From a virus, in the UHGV virus genome UHGV-1357271: a stretch of DNA of 47,531 bases, one strand, 5' to 3'. This document shows, in pieces, positions 33,673 through 42,668 of the stretch. The notes beneath the pieces are model-generated. The model was not told where the DNA came from. It did no database searches and worked only from the letters and a program-made list of their open reading frames with translations. Numbering within the stretch: position 1 is the first letter of the stretch; every line of letters begins with the position of its first letter. The position numbers were made by a program, and so were the translations under genes.

Positions 33673-35091
33673 CCTGCGCCGGATTAGCATCCCGCTTCCG
33701 CGCTGGACGATGTGGTCATTGAGCGCGTAGCGAACCGCATCCCAGTAGTGGTTGTATGCATCAACAATATCAGTCAGCACATTTCCAGTCAGCTTATCAA
33801 CCTTGTAGCTGTACATTGCGGCTTCATTCTGCATTTCCTTGCATCGCTCATGAATGATGATGCTGTCACAGCCGCGCAACCACGTAACGCCATCCTCAAC
33901 GCTGCCGGGCCATTTCGTGCACGGGTGAATATCAAAGCCAGAGCGCTTGATGTGGCTGATGGTTTCAGGGCGCGCGCAGTCGGCATACCATCGTGCGCGC
34001 TTAGCCATAGGAAATGATTGTTCCATCGCGGCCGGCGTATCCGTAATCTCAAGTCCAACTTTCCCGTACTCGCGATTAATATAAATGTTGCGTCGTCCAC
34101 CTGGTAACTCTTCAATATAAACCTCAACCATTGCGGTAGGATCGGTGGAAAACCCGAAGTCCATCCCGAAATATGGGCCATGCCACTCAGGTTTGACCTC
34201 GAAGTTATCAATGCGCCATTTTCCGCCGAAGACCTGCTCATCGCTACGCTTATTAAAGGCTCCCATCCAAATCCAGCGATAACGGTCGTAATCAGTTCGC
34301 TTCATTTGCTCCATGGCAGATGGCAGCGGTGTATCCCAGAACCATGGGTTGTCTGAATAGTTACATTCGATAATCAGAATTTCATCGTTTTCGAATATGC
34401 CATCAACCATCTGTGAGTGATAAGGAGCAATCCAGTTAGTCCACGTCGGGTCTGTCTCCTTGTTGGGGTTGAATGAGCACCACAGTTCTGAATTGGCGGC
34501 GCGGATGGTAGGCACAAGAATATCCCAGCTTGTCTGGCTGACATTCTCCGCTTCCTCTACCCAGCCGACGGTAATACCAGCAAAACCCTTAACGGTTGTC
34601 TGGTTGCGATACAGTCCCTTGAAGCGAAACTTCGCTTTAGTCTTTTTGTGTGTTATCTCGTTGTTGATAACGCGAAACTCTGCCGATTCACCCTTGCGAG
34701 CTATTTCGTCAACAAGTTCCTGATAGCTTGAGTCCTCAATGGATTGCTGAATCTCACGAAAGCAGGCGAAACGGTCAGAGCGAAACCTTGCGCGCTCAGT
34801 TAGTATAGTGATAATCGTTCTCGTCTTCCCTGAACCGCGACCACCGTAGACAAACTTAAAACGCTTCGGGTAAAGCAGGCGTTCCAGCTTTGCCGGGATT
34901 AAGTGGTCGGCATGAGTGGTTGCATTGGTCACATCATCAACGCCAGTGGCGGTCATCCTTAACCGCTTAATGACGTTTTTCTGCATGTCGCAGATGCCAA
35001 AGATGGCGGATTCTGCAACATCTGTCATCGCGTCATCAATCTGCGCTTCCAGCTTTTCGATTGCCAGTGCAGAGAGGCGTTTACGAGCCAT
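33667..35091 (-). CDS. terL: terminase large subunit
   Basis: Walker A YGGRGSGKT. Nuclease-domain acidic residues. 474 aa. Confidence 0.9.
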   Translation of the reverse strand: MARKRLSALAIEKLEAQIDDAMTDVAESAIFGICDMQKNVIKRLRMTATGVDDVTNATTHADHLIPAKLERLLYPKRFKFVYGGRGSGKTRTIITILTERARFRSDRFACFREIQQSIEDSSYQELVDEIARKGESAEFRVINNEITHKKTKAKFRFKGLYRNQTTVKGFAGITVGWVEEAENVSQTSWDILVPTIRAANSELWCSFNPNKETDPTWTNWIAPYHSQMVDGIFENDEILIIECNYSDNPWFWDTPLPSAMEQMKRTDYDRYRWIWMGAFNKRSDEQVFGGKWRIDNFEVKPEWHGPYFGMDFGFSTDPTAMVEVYIEELPGGRRNIYINREYGKVGLEITDTPAAMEQSFPMAKRARWYADCARPETISHIKRSGFDIHPCTKWPGSVEDGVTWLRGCDSIIIHERCKEMQNEAAMYSYKVDKLTGNVLTDIVDAYNHYWDAVRYALNDHIVQRGSGMLIRRRR

Positions 35092-35216
35092 TGATTAACT
35101 CCTGAAGGATAGCTGCCAACTCTTCATCACTCATTGGTTCGTCAAATATGACACCACGTTCGCCGCCACTGCGTGGCAGAATAATCTCATCACATCTTTG
35201 TTTATAATAAACTGAA

Positions 35217-35663
35217 TCATCCATTCTGCTGCTCCAATAACTCCTCCAGTCGCTCAAGGCGTGCTGCGAGTTCGGTTAATTCTTTTACGTCAAGACCAAC
35301 CTTAATCATAGACACGACCTGCGACGCTACGTCAATTGGAAGCTCGCCGCTGGAAACAGATTGAATGACGTCTTCTATCTGCTCAACTGGAGTAGCGTCT
35401 TTGCGGTATTTAAAATTAACCGGAGGTGCCATGCTTTTTTGCACTGGACTGATGCGCAGGAATATTTCCTTCAGCATTTGAACACCCTGAGTCGGGTTTT
35501 CCTCCGTCATCTTAATTGAAGTCCTGATGAACGCATCAAGGAATTCCTCCTCGCCAAGCCCACATCGTTTTAATGCTTCAATAAGCCTGTTTCTGTAGCT
35601 TAATCCTCTGCCAGCAGGCTGGTATTCAGAGGAAAATTTCATGACAGGATTTGGATTAGCCAT
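35217..35663 (-). CDS. putative terminase small subunit (148 aa)
   Basis: Immediately upstream of terL. Coiled-coil C-terminus. Preceded by a terminator and an intergenic region. Confidence 0.4.
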   Translation of the reverse strand: MANPNPVMKFSSEYQPAGRGLSYRNRLIEALKRCGLGEEEFLDAFIRTSIKMTEENPTQGVQMLKEIFLRISPVQKSMAPPVNFKYRKDATPVEQIEDVIQSVSSGELPIDVASQVVSMIKVGLDVKELTELAARLERLEELLEQQNG

Positions 35664-35714
35664 TCTGTTTTCGTCTTTTCGTATTTCGATATCGTTAGTT
35701 TAACACAGGTAAAA

Positions 35715-35745
35715 AAGAACCCGCACAAGGCGGGTTAAAGGTTGG
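35715..35745 (-). terminator. terminator
   Basis: On the minus strand: aacccgccttgtgcgggtt followed by cttttttacc. Confidence 0.55.
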
Positions 35746-35781
35746 GTGATGATATGAGTGAAAGCAATGGTGGTTATGTGC

Positions 35782-36021
35782 TTATTGTACACCATGATTA
35801 TCACGCTTGCCAGCATAGCACCATGCATTTTCATTGCGTGTCTGCACATGAACGATTTCAAACGCATCAGGGAATGCCTTTGACACCTTTGCGATAAAAT
35901 CGTCCAGCTCGTGCTGCTTTGCGAGCTGCCAGACTTTTTGCTTAGTGGTTTGCATTAGCAAAAGCCCTCGTTGAGCACATGCATTTAATGTCATGCACAC
36001 CATTGTCAGGAACAACCTCAA
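35782..36021 (-). CDS. hypothetical protein (79 aa)
   Basis: ORF in the leftward early operon. Confidence 0.35.
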   Translation of the reverse strand: MRLFLTMVCMTLNACAQRGLLLMQTTKQKVWQLAKQHELDDFIAKVSKAFPDAFEIVHVQTRNENAWCYAGKRDNHGVQ

Positions 36022-36121
36022 TGTAATTACCTACTTGTACCATCATGTAGTTACACGTCTTCATGCTGTCCCAGTAGCGTTCCCACATGTTTTGCATTGC
36101 GTCGCTAATATCGTTAAACAT
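35942..36121 (-). CDS. hypothetical protein (59 aa, start MFNDISDAM)
   Basis: ATG overlaps the upstream stop. Confidence 0.3.
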   Translation of the reverse strand: MFNDISDAMQNMWERYWDSMKTCNYMMVQVGNYIEVVPDNGVHDIKCMCSTRAFANANH

Positions 36122-36221
36122 AACGCACAACTCCTGCGATAGCTGCTACCAGTGCCAGCGCATAAACAGCAAGGAAAATTTTAGCTCCAGTGGTGTATAG
36201 GCGTCGTTGGTGTCTGGTCAT
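36114..36221 (-). CDS. small TM protein (35 aa)
   Basis: GGAGG SD. Sequence MTRHQRRLYTTGAKIFLAVYALALVAAIAGVVRYV. Confidence 0.4.
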   Translation of the reverse strand: MTRHQRRLYTTGAKIFLAVYALALVAAIAGVVRYV

Positions 36222-36284
36222 CTGTATGCCTCCACTAAAGCGTGCGCCACACAGAGCGCACTGATAATTAAGATGAACGGGTAG

Positions 36285-36479
36285 TTATTCACTTTTCAGG
36301 CACTCTACGCAAGTGCCATTGATGAAGTGATGCTTGTGATTGCTGAGGCTTTCGAATTGTTTGTTGGTGGTATCAAACTGAACCATTCTGACAACATCAT
36401 CAAACATAACAAATTCGCCATCAGGGTCTTCAGTCATGTCAGCACCACAATCCTGACCGCACGAGTCACAACCACCCAT
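36285..36479 (-). CDS. Cys-rich hypothetical protein (64 aa)
   Basis: CxxC...C...C...CxxC pattern. Confidence 0.4.
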   Translation of the reverse strand: MGGCDSCGQDCGADMTEDPDGEFVMFDDVVRMVQFDTTNKQFESLSNHKHHFINGTCVECLKSE

Positions 36480-36485
36480 ATCAAG

Positions 36486-36632
36486 CTAGTATCGCTTCAG
36501 GTTTGCGATATTTGATAAATTCAGCGCCAGTACAGTAAGGTCATAAACCTCTTCGGCGGTATATCCAGCGCCATGTCCATACATTTCAATGCTCGATATG
36601 ATTTCTTCTACACGTTGTTTTGTGATCGTCAT
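36486..36632 (-). CDS. hypothetical protein (48 aa)
   Basis: AAGGAG SD. Start in an ATGA overlap with the upstream gene. Confidence 0.4.
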   Translation of the reverse strand: MTITKQRVEEIISSIEMYGHGAGYTAEEVYDLTVLALNLSNIANLKRY

Positions 36633-37096
36633 TTTTGCTCAACTCCTTTGCGAAGCTGTGCTGCTACGTCTAAAGCATCCAGTGCGGCGCTTGAATGATA
36701 AAAATACCCTTTGCGGTTAACTTCTTTCAAAGCCTCGGATCTTTCCATGTGATACTTCACAACCATATCCACCCCGATAGCATGCTGTTCGTTCACCCAT
36801 GCGTCAGTGGCTGAGGTTGTGACGCGAATGCTGTCTCGAAGGATAAAAAATGCATCAAGAATTCCAGTCTCTGGAGCTTCATCCTGATGCTTCTCATAGG
36901 CATCAAGAGCCTTCATCATCTCATGCCCGAATGGTTGAGGATGCGCTGCCTTCAGCATCGCATTCTCCGCCGCCAGATCCGCACATTTAGCTTGCAGTGC
37001 CGCGTAGTCCTCGTAATTAACATAAGCACCATCTCTACACTCATCCATAGACATGCCACCAAAAGCAGAAATGTCATAACGCTTAACTTCACTCAT
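36629..37096 (-). CDS. hypothetical protein (155 aa)
   Basis: Coupled ORF. Confidence 0.45.
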   Translation of the reverse strand: MSEVKRYDISAFGGMSMDECRDGAYVNYEDYAALQAKCADLAAENAMLKAAHPQPFGHEMMKALDAYEKHQDEAPETGILDAFFILRDSIRVTTSATDAWVNEQHAIGVDMVVKYHMERSEALKEVNRKGYFYHSSAALDALDVAAQLRKGVEQK

Positions 37097-37326
37097 ACCC
37101 TAACCCCCGTGACTTCTTCGTAATAGCCATCTTCTTCAAACTCAATCTTTGCGATTTTGAGCGCATCCTCATCGGTAATGTCAATCGCTTTGAATTTGCA
37201 CTTTGACAGCACAATGCATCCGGACATGATTAACCACTTGTTCCACCAGCTCACTCGCTTGATTGTCCTGCTCGAATACATTCTGTTCTGCACAAACCAG
37301 AACTCGTATGTTTTCACCTTTGCCAT
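37093..37326 (-). CDS. hypothetical protein (77 aa)
   Basis: Coupled ORF. Confidence 0.4.
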   Translation of the reverse strand: MAKVKTYEFWFVQNRMYSSRTIKRVSWWNKWLIMSGCIVLSKCKFKAIDITDEDALKIAKIEFEEDGYYEEVTGVRV

Positions 37327-37362
37327 ATCACCACCATTAAAAATAAGAGCGCTGAATCGTTG

Positions 37363-37545
37363 TCAGAACACGATAATCAGCTCATCCATTACTCTGCGCT
37401 TACCATCACCATTAAACACTCGCACAACGCGATTTACGCGGATAGATTCCATTGCATTGCGTGCCTGCTTGCTCATAAAGTTCTGCGCGCCAACGTGACC
37501 GAGTTCAGGCTCCAGTTTTTCGCGACGATAGATAGTCTTTGCCAT
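37363..37545 (-). CDS. hypothetical protein (60 aa)
   Basis: AAGGAG SD. Confidence 0.4.
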   Translation of the reverse strand: MAKTIYRREKLEPELGHVGAQNFMSKQARNAMESIRVNRVVRVFNGDGKRRVMDELIIVF

Positions 37546-37548
37546 GTG

Positions 37549-37644
37549 TTACTCCTTATACCCTGATTTAGAAACTGCCACTGCGATAATGATGAATGCC
37601 ACGACAACCAGACTGGAGATGAGTTCGAATGGTGCGCCTGTCAT
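37549..37644 (-). CDS. small TM protein (31 aa)
   Basis: ATGA overlap. Sequence MTGAPFELISSLVVVAFIIIAVAVSKSGYKE. Confidence 0.35.
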   Translation of the reverse strand: MTGAPFELISSLVVVAFIIIAVAVSKSGYKE

Positions 37645-37787
37645 TTGCTTAACCCATACGCTGATATTAAAGCCTGCATTGCTGCGTTACAGAATGCTTC
37701 TGCAGGAATGCTGTTGTTTGTACGATCAACTGCAATGCGCGCCATAGCCTGTGCATCTTCAAATTCTTCGCGGACTTTGATTTTCAT
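37641..37787 (-). CDS. hypothetical protein (48 aa), first gene of the leftward early operon
   Basis: GAGGT SD. Immediately downstream of the minus-strand promoter. Confidence 0.4.
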   Translation of the reverse strand: MKIKVREEFEDAQAMARIAVDRTNNSIPAEAFCNAAMQALISAYGLSK

Positions 37788-37817
37788 CTCTTCAACCTCG
37801 TTTGTTTCGATGAGTTC

Positions 37818-37846
37818 AATCTACATCAATGATGATTCTACGTCAA
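37818..37846 (-). promoter_or_regulatory. leftward promoter TTGACG-N17-TAGATT with two GTAGA(A/T)T motifs
   Basis: Minus strand reads ttgacgtagaatcatcattgatgtagatt. Confidence 0.5.
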
Positions 37847-37919
37847 CATGATTTTCAGTTGTCACATTAGTGGGTTCTGGTGAAACAGGGCCAGTTGCGC
37901 GATTATTAATCACACCACA

Positions 37920-38270
37920 AAAACCCGGTAAATGCAGGTTTCCCAAATAAAGTACCGGTAATCAATAACTTAGAAGAGCAATCAAGGATTGAAAACTGCT
38001 GTATTTACCTACAGGTGGTAAAAATGAATCCAGTAATGACGCGGTCTGCGGAGGAGTTACCGGTTTTACCCGGTAAATTATATAGAGGTAAGTAAGTTAT
38101 TCATTCATATTAATATATTGATTTTATTAGATTTCTTTAATATTAGACCAATTAATACACTACAACTCTTAATGATGAAAATACTCCTTAAGAAATCCGG
38201 TAAAACCGGTAAAACGTTATTAATCAATTTGTTACATTAAAAAACCACAGGTAAAAACCAGGTAAAGACG
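37920..38270. repeat. putative replication origin: CCGGTAAA(A) iteron array flanking an AT-rich DNA-unwinding element
   Basis: At least 8 copies of the (A/C)CGGTAAA core (37924, 37954, 38069, 38196, 38205; inverted at 38059; variants CAGGTAAA at 38249 and 38260). A ~60-bp stretch of more than 80% AT lies at 38100-38160. Non-coding region between divergent operons, close to the primase and helicase genes. Confidence 0.5.
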
Positions 38271-38437
38271 GTATAAGTCGAGCAAAAATTCATCAAACTA
38301 TACAGTCAACACACATTATAGGTGATGGACTGGTCATACCTGCTGATTGGTTTGGTGACTGCTCATGTTCTGATGTGTTTTTATTGCATATCTTTTTTAT
38401 TTATATAAAATTAGAGTAACTGGATATGGAGGTAAGT

Positions 38438-38677
38438 ATGAAAGAACTAAATTACCGTAAAGGGTCAAATCTTGAGTGGGTGTACGGGTTACTTAAGCGC
38501 CTGAGGAGAACGCATGATGGGTGGTTTGTTTGTGGCGAAGATTGGGAACGTGCGCGCGCGATGGGGTTACCGAGTTTTCGAACAAATGTAAGTATTGTTT
38601 CAAGGGATATGGGTATCAAGGTGTTGGTGAACGTTGAAAAAGACGAAATTTTATTATTACACATGGGGTGGAGGTAG
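38438..38677 (+). CDS. hypothetical protein (80 aa), first gene after the origin region
   Basis: GGAGGT SD. Confidence 0.4.
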   Translation: MKELNYRKGSNLEWVYGLLKRLRRTHDGWFVCGEDWERARAMGLPSFRTNVSIVSRDMGIKVLVNVEKDEILLLHMGWR

Positions 38678-38679
38678 GT

Positions 38680-38970
38680 ATGAGTTGCGCTCCGATATTC
38701 CCTGTCACGACATCTCTTGCTCACGACGTGATAAATAATCTTACCGCTCCTGATGGGTGTCAGTTTTACTTTGAGAACGGGTATTCAACTTCAATTTTGA
38801 TTGGTGGAAGAGATGGGTGCTACGGATACGATATAGAGCGAGGTTTTCAGATGACAATGACGTCACTTCAGAAGGCGCTAAAAATTGAGGCGGACAGGGT
38901 TGGCGCTGTGTTAACGGTGAAACAAGGTATTATCCCTGGCAAATTCTTGCGAGTATGGAGGGTATATTGA
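38680..38970 (+). CDS. hypothetical protein (96 aa)
   Basis: GGAGGT SD. Confidence 0.4.
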   Translation: MSCAPIFPVTTSLAHDVINNLTAPDGCQFYFENGYSTSILIGGRDGCYGYDIERGFQMTMTSLQKALKIEADRVGAVLTVKQGIIPGKFLRVWRVY

Positions 38971-40550
38971 TGGGCGCTATTGATTTTGATTCTATGGCTA
39001 TGGGTATAAACAGGAAGGCTCCTGGTGCACTTGGTGAGTTTATGGATGAGATTGCGAAAAACTTTGAGCGCCGTAATGATGGTGAGAGATATCGTTTAAC
39101 TGGCGCTTTGGGTCTTGCTCAGGCTATGGCTGGACGATACTTGATTGGTCCAACAGGTAGTATCTGCAATACTGGCATTTTTCTGGTAGCTCGCTCTGGT
39201 GCAGGTAAGGGTGCTCCGGTGAGTTTCGTCAGGGCATATGCCAATGCGCTTGGAATAGGGTCAAGAGTTTGCGCATCTAAATCAACCTCGACGAAACAGA
39301 TGCAGTTAGACCTGATTGCTGGAGGTGGGTCTTTGCTCTACGTTGTGAACGATGACAAACAGCATCTTGAAGACTGGAACAACCCGCGCAATGCATATCT
39401 TGGCGGTACTATGGCGTGGTATAGAGGTCTTACTGACGGCGGCGTGTGGGTGCCTAACAGACCAATAATCAAGGAGCTGCTTGAAAACCTTACTTGGGAA
39501 CAAAACCCAAAACGCATCATGGCGGCAGCAAGTGCTGAGGGGTGGATAGTGCCACTTACTGGTGGCGATGATGGGAAAGGGGTCATAGATTATAAGCGCC
39601 TTTCGATGATGGACCACAGCGTTGGGCGCGCGCTCAAGTCGGCAATGAATGAGTACGAACTTGCAACAAAAGACGGTGGAATTGAAAACGCAAAATTTGT
39701 TCCGCTGATTACTGTCACTCCAGAGCAGGGAATAGATGCTGCGCGTTCATGGCAGAAAGATGGCGGCATGGGGCGAGTGCTGTTTCAGCTCGGGCATCTT
39801 GCTGGTGAGGAAATGCCAGCGATGAAGGATGTGGAAGTGAACGGCACACTTTCAAGAAAAATAATCAATGAGTGGAAAGGTAGGATTCTTACCGCGAAAA
39901 CTAACGCTGTATGGGCTGATGATGATGTGAAAAAACTGCACAGATCTCTGTCTATGAAACTGGAAAGTGAGCTTGGTGATCGCGATGGTGTTGTTGGTGA
40001 CGTTATCCCGCGCATGGGGCTAATGATTGTAGACCTTGCAACGCTTGCGGCTTACGCAGACCTGTCAAGTCGCCGTGGAATGACGCCAGCAGTTACGATT
40101 GAGCATGTCGAATGGGGATATATCGTGGTTCTTGAGCATCTCGCTGGTCTGCAAAGATTCCTTGAGGGCGAACAGGAGTTTGATGGGCTTGAAAATACTG
40201 AATGGGAGAACATTGTAGAAAAAATTAAGCGAATTTGTGAATCACAGGCATTCATTAAAACTCCTTACTTGTCTGTTATAAAGAACAAGCTGTGTCGTGA
40301 TAGAATTAAAAAGATAATCAATTCTGCTGACTCTAATAACATCACACTAACACCTGATAAGTTTGTTTATGAGGTTCTTCTTGCTATTGAGGAAAATAAG
40401 CATTCACCACTAATGCTGGACAGGGATAACCCAAGAGCTATAAAGATGTGCGGTGATGGCTCATGGGATGGTCTGCGAATGAACTCAACGGTTAGAAATT
40501 ATCTTTCTGCTGCTGTTAAGCGCATGAGATTTATGAGGGGGTTGAAATGA
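38970..40550 (+). CDS. P-loop NTPase, putative replication/origin-associated ATPase (~526 aa)
   Basis: Walker A ARSGAGKG. GGAGGG SD. Near the origin and primase. Confidence 0.4.
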   Translation: MGAIDFDSMAMGINRKAPGALGEFMDEIAKNFERRNDGERYRLTGALGLAQAMAGRYLIGPTGSICNTGIFLVARSGAGKGAPVSFVRAYANALGIGSRVCASKSTSTKQMQLDLIAGGGSLLYVVNDDKQHLEDWNNPRNAYLGGTMAWYRGLTDGGVWVPNRPIIKELLENLTWEQNPKRIMAAASAEGWIVPLTGGDDGKGVIDYKRLSMMDHSVGRALKSAMNEYELATKDGGIENAKFVPLITVTPEQGIDAARSWQKDGGMGRVLFQLGHLAGEEMPAMKDVEVNGTLSRKIINEWKGRILTAKTNAVWADDDVKKLHRSLSMKLESELGDRDGVVGDVIPRMGLMIVDLATLAAYADLSSRRGMTPAVTIEHVEWGYIVVLEHLAGLQRFLEGEQEFDGLENTEWENIVEKIKRICESQAFIKTPYLSVIKNKLCRDRIKKIINSADSNNITLTPDKFVYEVLLAIEENKHSPLMLDRDNPRAIKMCGDGSWDGLRMNSTVRNYLSAAVKRMRFMRGLK

Positions 40551-40963
40551 GCAAAACGCACGAACTTAAAATTTTACCTGAGCACTTCTGGCCTGTTGTC
40601 ACCTGTCACAAGAAAGCAGAGTTAAGGAAGAATGACCGTGATTTTAAGGTTGGAGACACGATTATTCTTTGGGAGTGGAATGGAGACTACACAGGTGAAA
40701 GAACGGAGAGAACCATAGTTCACATAGCTGATGTTGGCGCTTACCTTCCCGGCTATGTACTTCTTAGTCTTAATGAGATTGTTAACTGGAAAGATGCGCG
40801 ACTTTTCGACCCTAAAGATGGACAGGAGGTTGTTATTATTGATGCTGATCGCGTCAAGGTTACTGCCAGGTATGACGACTCAGGAATATACTGGTGCAAT
40901 CACACGGGTAAGTCGCTGCGAAATGTAGCCTTCTGGACTGAATCGCCAGAGTTCAAAGAATAA
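40547..40963 (+). CDS. ASCH/PUA-fold DUF3850-like protein
   Basis: THELKILPEHFWPV...KKAELRKNDRDFKVGDTIIL matches the DUF3850 N-terminal pattern. Confidence 0.5.
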   Translation: MSKTHELKILPEHFWPVVTCHKKAELRKNDRDFKVGDTIILWEWNGDYTGERTERTIVHIADVGAYLPGYVLLSLNEIVNWKDARLFDPKDGQEVVIIDADRVKVTARYDDSGIYWCNHTGKSLRNVAFWTESPEFKE

Positions 40964-40995
40964 CAAAAACCCTCCATATGGAGGGTTTCTTTTAT
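40964..40995. terminator. bidirectional terminator
   Basis: The sequence aaccctccatatggagggtttcttttat. Confidence 0.7.
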
Positions 40996-41945
40996 CTGCA
41001 AACTGACATCTTCTCTATCAACTCGCCAGCGTCATAAATCTTTCTTCTGATTCGCCTCGCCATCCTGATTGTGTCAGCATCATCAGGCAGCATCACCGGA
41101 AGTCCTGCGTTTTCCGCAGCGCAAAGTTCGTCAAATTTATAATTAACTATGCAGCGTAACCGTAACTTCATCTCATCGCTAACAGAGCGCACCACTTCCC
41201 ACATGTTTTCCGGCGACCAGCAGCACCAGACATGAGCGCCAGTGAAGTAATGACATTTCCACGCGTCGGCATAATCAGATACCAGATAAATGAACTTTCC
41301 GTTATCTTCACCGATTGTGCTTATCGCGCCGCGCGTGAGTTTACCGTTTATGGCTGAGTCTTTGTTGTACCCTGCTTTATAAAATGTTCTGAATGCATCA
41401 CCATCCAGACCAATGAATGCCACGTTGCACGGTTTCATTGTGTCAGCGAGCATCATCTCAACCGCAATAAGCTCTCCAGATTTCCCTCTGACGACGTTAA
41501 CATCGCAACCAATACCATTTATCAAAGTCCACTCATTTATCGCGACACGCGTCGTTTTAGTCATGATTGCGGCGACTTCCTGCTCAGTGATGAAGTCATC
41601 GTTGTAATTTATCTTCGGCAGTTCCTTCCTGATTGCCTCCAGTTTTTCGCGTGGATGCATGTTGAGAAAACCGCCAAGTGCCTCCAGTGCTTCAGGGAAG
41701 GTCATTCCAGATAGCTTCATCAGCCAGTTCATGCCACTACCGGAACCGCACTGATTGCAGATTGCACCGCCATCGCCTTTTGTTTCGAAGTTGTCATCAA
41801 AGCGATACCTGTCTTTGCCTGAGCATGACGGGCACGGCTGATGCTTGCCATTGAAAACTCTGCTATCCACATTGACGATAGACATGATGGCAGCCTGCCA
41901 ATTTCCGAGCATTTTTTGCTCAATGTCTTTCCAGTCGTATCTCAT
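40992..41945 (-). CDS. DNA primase (P4-type Zn-ribbon + Toprim)
   Basis: CPSCSGKDRYRFDD...CNQCG zinc ribbon. The start is taken at MRYDWKD, which has an AGGAAG SD. The upstream ATG in the track overlaps the promoter. Confidence 0.65.
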   Translation of the reverse strand: MRYDWKDIEQKMLGNWQAAIMSIVNVDSRVFNGKHQPCPSCSGKDRYRFDDNFETKGDGGAICNQCGSGSGMNWLMKLSGMTFPEALEALGGFLNMHPREKLEAIRKELPKINYNDDFITEQEVAAIMTKTTRVAINEWTLINGIGCDVNVVRGKSGELIAVEMMLADTMKPCNVAFIGLDGDAFRTFYKAGYNKDSAINGKLTRGAISTIGEDNGKFIYLVSDYADAWKCHYFTGAHVWCCWSPENMWEVVRSVSDEMKLRLRCIVNYKFDELCAAENAGLPVMLPDDADTIRMARRIRRKIYDAGELIEKMSVCR

Positions 41946-42017
41946 AAAATCTTCCTGTTGACGTTGATGTAGAATCATTGTAATTTACTCACATGAAACA
42001 ATCAATCGTTACTTGCA
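41946..42017. promoter_or_regulatory. divergent promoters between the primase and HNH/helicase operons
   Basis: Rightward promoter TTGACG at 41958-41963, 17-nt spacer containing GATGTAGAATCAT, then TAATTT. Leftward promoter TTGATT-N17-TACAAT on the minus strand. Confidence 0.45.
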
Positions 42018-42052
42018 ATGAAACAATTAATCGTTACAATAGAGGGTAAGAA

Positions 42053-42202
42053 ATGGCTATCACCGTCAAGAAATGCGAGGTTTGCGGAAATGAGTTCATC
42101 GGAACTGCAAAAGCAAAATGTTGCTCAGGAAAGTGTAGATTGCGCAAGCACAGACAGAAGAAAAACCCAATTCATAACTCAAAAACAGATAATGGAATAT
42201 CT
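42053..42202 (+). CDS. small Zn-ribbon protein (49 aa)
   Basis: AGAGGG SD. Sequence MAITVKKCEVCGNEF...CCSGKC. In a different frame from the downstream HNH gene. Confidence 0.4.
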
Positions 42203-42665
42203 TGAATATAACCCTGAGACTGGTGTCTTTACAGCTGCAAAAACACATGGAACACTCTGGCGTAAAGGCAAGGTTGTTGGTCATAAGAATAAGGCAGGTT
42301 ACATTACCATCACGCTACTAGGAAAACTAAGGAAAGCTCATAGGCTGGCATGGATTTATGTTTATGGAGGAGATATTGATGGGTATGAAATAGACCATAT
42401 AAATGGTGATAAATCAGACAATAGAATTTGCAACCTTAGGATTTCTAGTCACCAGCAAAACATGTTCAACATGAAAAAGAAATCAACAAACAAATCTGGT
42501 GTAAAAGGTGTGCATTTTGATAAAAGATGCAACAAATGGAGAGCGCAGACATCAATAAACAAGAAGAGGGTTCATCTTGGTTTGTTTGACACCATAGAAT
42601 CAGCAGAAAAGGCGATTCGTGAATTCATGGTTGCTAACCATAAAGAGTTTATTAATTTAGGGTAA
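42192..42665 (+). CDS. HNH homing endonuclease with AP2 DNA-binding domain
   Basis: YEIDHINGDKSDNRICNLRISSHQQN (HNH motif). SGVKGVHFDKRCNKWRAQ (AP2 domain). Start taken at MEYLEYNPETG. Confidence 0.6.
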   Translation: MEYLEYNPETGVFTAAKTHGTLWRKGKVVGHKNKAGYITITLLGKLRKAHRLAWIYVYGGDIDGYEIDHINGDKSDNRICNLRISSHQQNMFNMKKKSTNKSGVKGVHFDKRCNKWRAQTSINKKRVHLGLFDTIESAEKAIREFMVANHKEFINLG

Positions 42666-42668
42666 GTT

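Noticed and set aside
35092-35224. 46-aa ORF (MDDSVYYKQRCDEIILPRSGGERG...) between TerS and terL
   Set aside because: There is no convincing SD and its end overlaps the terL start. Plausible, but the evidence is too weak to call.
37920-38270. CRISPR array
   Set aside because: The repeats are 8-9 nt, irregularly spaced and in both orientations. This is an iteron pattern, not a repeat-spacer architecture.
42133-42141. GTGTAGATT motif copy inside coding sequence
   Set aside because: It is embedded in the Zn-ribbon ORF with no upstream -35 element. Judged coincidental.
42018-42191. N-terminal 58-aa extension of the 215-aa ORF
   Set aside because: No homology or RBS. The HNH domain begins at MEYLEYNP. 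The extension overlaps a better-supported Zn-ribbon ORF in another frame.
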